A stretch of DNA of 32,000 bases. It comes from Candidatus Methylomirabilis oxygeniifera. Lineage in GTDB: Bacteria > Methylomirabilota > Methylomirabilia > Methylomirabilales > Methylomirabilaceae. Under the pieces are notes generated by a model. The model was not told where the DNA came from. It ran no database searches and saw only the letters and a program-made list of their open reading frames with translations. This document shows positions 28,682 to 32,000 of the stretch, one piece after another. The stretch covers positions 1,710,001-1,742,000 of the forward strand of contig FP565575.1 in assembly GCA_000091165.1 (NCBI GenBank). The letters run 5' to 3'. A program made the position numbers and the translations under genes. How positions within the stretch are numbered: position 1 is the first letter of the stretch; every line of letters starts with the position of its first letter.

Positions 28682-28998
28682 ATGACAACAGAGAAAAAGC
28701 AGCACCCCGCACCACTACTGAAACCATAGTGCGACGAATAGCCGACATGCAAGAGGAGCTGCGGGAGCGGTTTACCGTAATCCGCATCGGTGTCTTTGGA
28801 TCTTTCGCCAGAGGGAGTCAAACTCCGGCAAGCGATGTGGATATCATCGTGGAGTTGGCCGAACCGACCTTCGATCACTACATGGATCTCAAATTCAGAT
28901 TGGAAGATGTCCTGGGCCGCCCGGTAGACTTAGTGATCGCGGACACCGTAAAACCTCGCCTGAAACCGATTATTGCGCAAGCAGTGGTCTATGCCTAG
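28678..28998 (+). CDS. MNT-type nucleotidyltransferase antitoxin (MntA-like)
   Basis: IGVFGSFARGSQTPASDVDIIVEL (GSx10DxD) and minimal nucleotidyltransferase length; ATGA overlap with the upstream stop. Confidence 0.88.
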   Translation: MNDNREKAAPRTTTETIVRRIADMQEELRERFTVIRIGVFGSFARGSQTPASDVDIIVELAEPTFDHYMDLKFRLEDVLGRPVDLVIADTVKPRLKPIIAQAVVYA

Positions 28999-29353
28999 AG
29001 ATTTTCGTCTTTATCTGGATGACATCCTGGAAGCGATATCTCAGATCAGAGCATACACCGAATCCATGGATTATGACGCATTCATGCGGGACCGTAAGAC
29101 GCAGGATGCCGTAGTGCGCAACCTCGAGGTCATCGGCGAGGCGGCCGGATGTCTGCCGGAATCTATCCAGACAGGCGCTGGAGATATTGAATGGCGGAAA
29201 ATCGTGGGGATGCGCAATATCCTGGCGCATGAGTATTTTGGTGTGAGCCTTCCCATAGTCTGGGATATCGTGCAAAACAAGTTGAGCCCGCTCGATGCTG
29301 CCTGCCGAAAACTGCTTGAGAGTGATTCGACCCCTTCAAAGGAACAGGAATAA
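28991..29353 (+). CDS. HEPN-domain toxin, HepT-like (DUF86)
   Basis: RLYLDDILEAISQIRAY..., VVRNLEVIGEAA, GMRNILAHEYFG (RNxxxHxY active motif); overlaps the mntA-like gene. Confidence 0.9.
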   Translation: MPRDFRLYLDDILEAISQIRAYTESMDYDAFMRDRKTQDAVVRNLEVIGEAAGCLPESIQTGAGDIEWRKIVGMRNILAHEYFGVSLPIVWDIVQNKLSPLDAACRKLLESDSTPSKEQE

Positions 29354-29999
29354 AGCTATCGGGCGTCAGAAAGGGTATTCCGATCGCGAAACCCAGCGAA
29401 CACCGCAGACAGAAGGCGCTCGCACGGCAGAAAGCCAAGCGGAAGCACGCAAAGGGAACGGAAAGGGCCTCGTGCCGGCCTCGCACGCTCCAATCGATCA
29501 GTGCAAGATCCCGACGCGTCTGTTCGAACTCGGCATTGGAAATGTCGTGATCTCACGCCGACACCCCTCTGGTCAGATCAGCCTGGCGATCTTTCTCCTA
29601 GACGTGTATTGCCTGGGCGTCAAGGATGTGTTCCATCGTCTAGTTGATCCGAGTCAATACGCGAACATCATGGCAGGGTTGGCACGCGACAGTCCGCTTG
29701 AAGACATCGATCTCACGTGCGCGCGGAAACTGATCGAGGGGGCCGTCGAGTATGCGCGGCAATTTCAGTTGACACCCCACCCGGATTACAAGACGGCCCG
29801 GACGATCCTCGGCGAGGTCGATGCCGCAGCCTGTCCGCGTGACTTTGAGTATGGTCGTGACGGTAAGCCGTTCTATGTGGCAGGACCGAATGACTCTCCC
29901 GCGACGTCTCGTCGCATCCTCTCTCTCCTGGAACAGCAGTGCGGGCCTGACGGCTTCCACTACATGATCCCGACTGATCTGTCGCCTGAAGGCGTATGA
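29295..29999 (+). CDS. Conserved hypothetical protein, possibly frameshifted near its N-terminus
   Basis: Coherent body CKIPTRLFELGIGNVVISRRHPSGQISLAIFLLDVYCLGVKDVFHRL...; the upstream sequence in this frame is low-quality while the +1 frame reads a basic KPSEHRRQKALARQKAKRKHAKG. Confidence 0.55.
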   Translation: MLPAENCLRVIRPLQRNRNKAIGRQKGYSDRETQRTPQTEGARTAESQAEARKGNGKGLVPASHAPIDQCKIPTRLFELGIGNVVISRRHPSGQISLAIFLLDVYCLGVKDVFHRLVDPSQYANIMAGLARDSPLEDIDLTCARKLIEGAVEYARQFQLTPHPDYKTARTILGEVDAAACPRDFEYGRDGKPFYVAGPNDSPATSRRILSLLEQQCGPDGFHYMIPTDLSPEGV

Positions 30000-30197
30000 A
30001 CCAGGAACACGCACATAGTATCCTCCGTCACTGAATGATAGGGCGAGACCCGGAAGCGATTTATGTGGTACGCTCAAACGATGAGGAAGGCGAGGGGGGT
30101 GAAATCAGATGCTCCTTCCTATCCCCCGCAAAAGGGGTGCTATATCATGCTCTCCGACAGGAAACGGAGTATCATGTCGAGACATGGAGGGAAGGTC

Positions 30198-30347
30198 ATG
30201 AGATTGATGGTGGAACAACAGACATATCCGTACATCACGACGAATCGGAGAATCGCGGGGGGCTCCCCCATCATCAAGGGGACCCGCATCACCGTCCGTA
30301 CTATCGCCGGCTACTACCAGATGGGAATGACTGTCGACGAGATATGA
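30198..30347 (+). pseudogene. N-terminal half of a DUF433 family (antitoxin-like) gene, interrupted by an IS element
   Basis: YITTNRRIAGGSPIIKGTRITVRTIAGYYQMGMTVDEI matches the DUF433 pattern; truncated at the IS junction, with the C-terminal half found beyond the IS. Confidence 0.75.
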
Positions 30348-30378
30348 CTGTCAAGACCCCCATTTTCTGTACCAGGTG

Positions 30379-31284
30379 CTATGAGAGTATCGGTTCCAGT
30401 TGGATGTTCAACTCGTCCTCCCAATGGTGGAGATCGGACGCTGTCGTGTCATCGAGCACAGAGGTAACTGGATGAGGCTGACGCCATGCGTGCTCGGTCG
30501 CAAACTCTGCCGGGGTGCGATAGCCCAGAGCACTGTGCGGCCGCTCGTGGTTGTAGCTCAGGCGGTACTGTTCGACGAGCACCTGCGCCTCGGTCACACT
30601 CGAGAAGCTCTCTCGGTTCAAGAGCTCGTCCTCGAAGCGGCTATTGAACGACTCACTGTACGCGTTCTCCCAGGGGCTTCCGGGTTCGATGTAGAGGGTC
30701 TGAACCCTCGAGAGGGCCAACCACTCCTTGACGGCGGTCGCGACGAACTCGGGTCCGTTATCGGAGCGGAGGTACGTCGGCTCGCCATGTACCCGGAACA
30801 GCGAGGCCAGCAGTTCGACCACATCCTCGGCCCGGATGCTGCGGGCTACCAGGATTGCGTGCGCCTCTCGAGTAAACTCGTCCAACACCGGCAACAGCTT
30901 CAGCCGTCGCCCGTCTTCCGTCTGATCCATCAGGAAATCGTAGCTCCAGACATGGTTCTTGTGCTCGGCACGCCGGCGTCGACAGCCCTGGTCGCTGCTG
31001 CCCAGGCGCTGCCGTTTCCGTTGCGCCTGCGGCACGCGAAGCCCCCCTTGTCGCCAGAGTCGCTGCACCCGTTTCCGATTCACGCGCCACCCTTCCCGCT
31101 GCAAGAGCGCCCAGACCCGCCGATACCCGTAGCGCGGATGACGTCGCGACAGCATGACGAGCCGCTCGCTCAAGGCCTGGTCCCGCTCCCGCTTGCGTCC
31201 CACAAACCGCTGGCTCGACCGCGGCTGGCCAAGCACCCGGCATGCCCGACGCTCGGCGACGCCCAGCCGCTGCCGCACATGCAC
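30379..31284 (-). CDS. IS3-family transposase OrfB (rve/DDE integrase core)
   Basis: RRACRVLGQPRSSQRF, HVWSYDFLMDQTEDGR, TYLRSDNGPEFVA, ENAYSESFNSRFEDE, YNHERPHSALGYRTPAEF. Probably continues from OrfA. Confidence 0.94.
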   Translation of the reverse strand: MHVRQRLGVAERRACRVLGQPRSSQRFVGRKRERDQALSERLVMLSRRHPRYGYRRVWALLQREGWRVNRKRVQRLWRQGGLRVPQAQRKRQRLGSSDQGCRRRRAEHKNHVWSYDFLMDQTEDGRRLKLLPVLDEFTREAHAILVARSIRAEDVVELLASLFRVHGEPTYLRSDNGPEFVATAVKEWLALSRVQTLYIEPGSPWENAYSESFNSRFEDELLNRESFSSVTEAQVLVEQYRLSYNHERPHSALGYRTPAEFATEHAWRQPHPVTSVLDDTTASDLHHWEDELNIQLEPILS

Positions 31285-31310
31285 GACAGCGGCCCGCCTC
31301 CGGGTCGGGC

Positions 31311-31589
31311 TCAGAAGTTTCCCTTCGTCACCTCGCGCAGGATACTGAGGTCGACCGCCTGCTCAGCGACGATCTTCTTCAAGCGCGCATTCTCTTTTTC
31401 GAGCGCCTTCAGCCGCCTCGCCTGGCCCGCCTGCATGCCCCCGTACTGGGCGCGCCAGCGATGGAAGGTGTTCTCGCTGATCCCTAAGGTCTTGCTCACA
31501 TCGGCGACGGTGGCGCCTGTGGCCAGGTGGGCGTCTGCGTCGCGCAGCTTCCGGATGATCTGCTCCGGGGTGTGTCGCTTCCGTTTCAT
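31311..31589 (-). CDS. IS3-family transposase OrfA (HTH)
   Basis: MKRKRHTPEQIIRKLRDADAHLATGATVADVSKTLGISENTFHRWRAQYGGMQAGQARRLKALEKENARLKKIVAEQ. Confidence 0.93.
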   Translation of the reverse strand: MKRKRHTPEQIIRKLRDADAHLATGATVADVSKTLGISENTFHRWRAQYGGMQAGQARRLKALEKENARLKKIVAEQAVDLSILREVTKGNF

Positions 31590-31661
31590 GGAGAGTCCTC
31601 CTGCCCGTGTGGGCGGTTGAGACTCCCATAATACCTGGATCTATTTTAGGGGGTCAGGTCA

Positions 31662-31843
31662 TGACCACCCTACAACACCTGTCGCCGTCACAGGTCCATT
31701 CAGCGTTAGCTTACTATTTCGACCATCAGAAGGAGATCGATCGCGAACTGGAGATCTCGTCTGATGTCAAACGGTGGAAACAACAGGTCGTTCCGCATCC
31801 CAGAGCGGCGACCACGCAGCAGCCAGCTCAACAGACTGCTTGA
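31662..31843 (+). pseudogene. C-terminal half of the IS-interrupted DUF433 gene
   Basis: TTLQHLSPSQVHSALAYYFDHQKEIDREL matches the DUF433 C-terminal pattern immediately after the IS. Confidence 0.72.
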
Positions 31844-32000
31844 TCCCACCACCCACTCCGTTACGTTAGAGACACTGACCCGCGCGGCCCACGCCGTCGA
31901 ACGTCGGGTGAAGCTGGAACTGGTTTAGGACGCAAATATGCCCACTCTTGCCCAACGAATTACTGTCGCCTGCGCCAACCGACCGTTCAGCGCCTCAATG

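Larger units (their letters stand above)
30349..31661 (-). mobile_element. IS3-family insertion sequence (IS407-group-like), about 1.31 kb
   Basis: Terminal inverted repeats TGTCAAGACCCCCATTTTCTGTACCAGGT / TGACCTGACCCCCTAAAATAGATCCAGGT (imperfect), flanking TGAC 4-bp duplication, two transposase ORFs inside. Confidence 0.88.

Noticed and set aside
21672-32000. CRISPR array
   Set aside because: No regularly spaced identical direct repeats and no cas genes were seen.

Overview
The window looks like a GC-rich bacterial chromosome, possibly from an uncultured lineage; taxonomy cannot be fixed from the sequence alone. Positions 1-21.6 kb are mostly housekeeping genes: the end of an ABC-3 metal-transporter permease, a 1-Cys-type peroxiredoxin, a DoxX-like protein, an SUMF1/FGE-fold protein, folC-glmU-glmS, a minus-strand TCA block (icd, mdh, coiled-coil lipoprotein, sdhC-like, sdhA, sdhB), a secreted metzincin-type peptidase, a macrodomain protein, a fused permease/substrate-binding osmoprotectant- or EgtU-like ABC transporter, and an EgtD-like histidine methyltransferase. 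A tRNA-Leu(TAA) at 21585-21671 marks the change to accessory DNA. The most interesting segment is 22409-28132: four large genes, each joined to the next by a 4-nt ATGA overlap. They encode a double zinc-ribbon protein, a 615-aa protein that looks like a catalytically degenerate tyrosine recombinase, a 271-aa catalytic-domain tyrosine recombinase, and a 767-aa tyrosine recombinase. This may be a poorly described recombinase-based mobile or site-specific system next to a tRNA gene. Downstream are a RadC N-terminal fragment, an MNT/HEPN toxin-antitoxin pair, a possibly frameshifted conserved protein, and a DUF433 gene split by an IS3-family element with terminal inverted repeats and a 4-bp target duplication. 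folC also carries an in-frame palindromic insertion.
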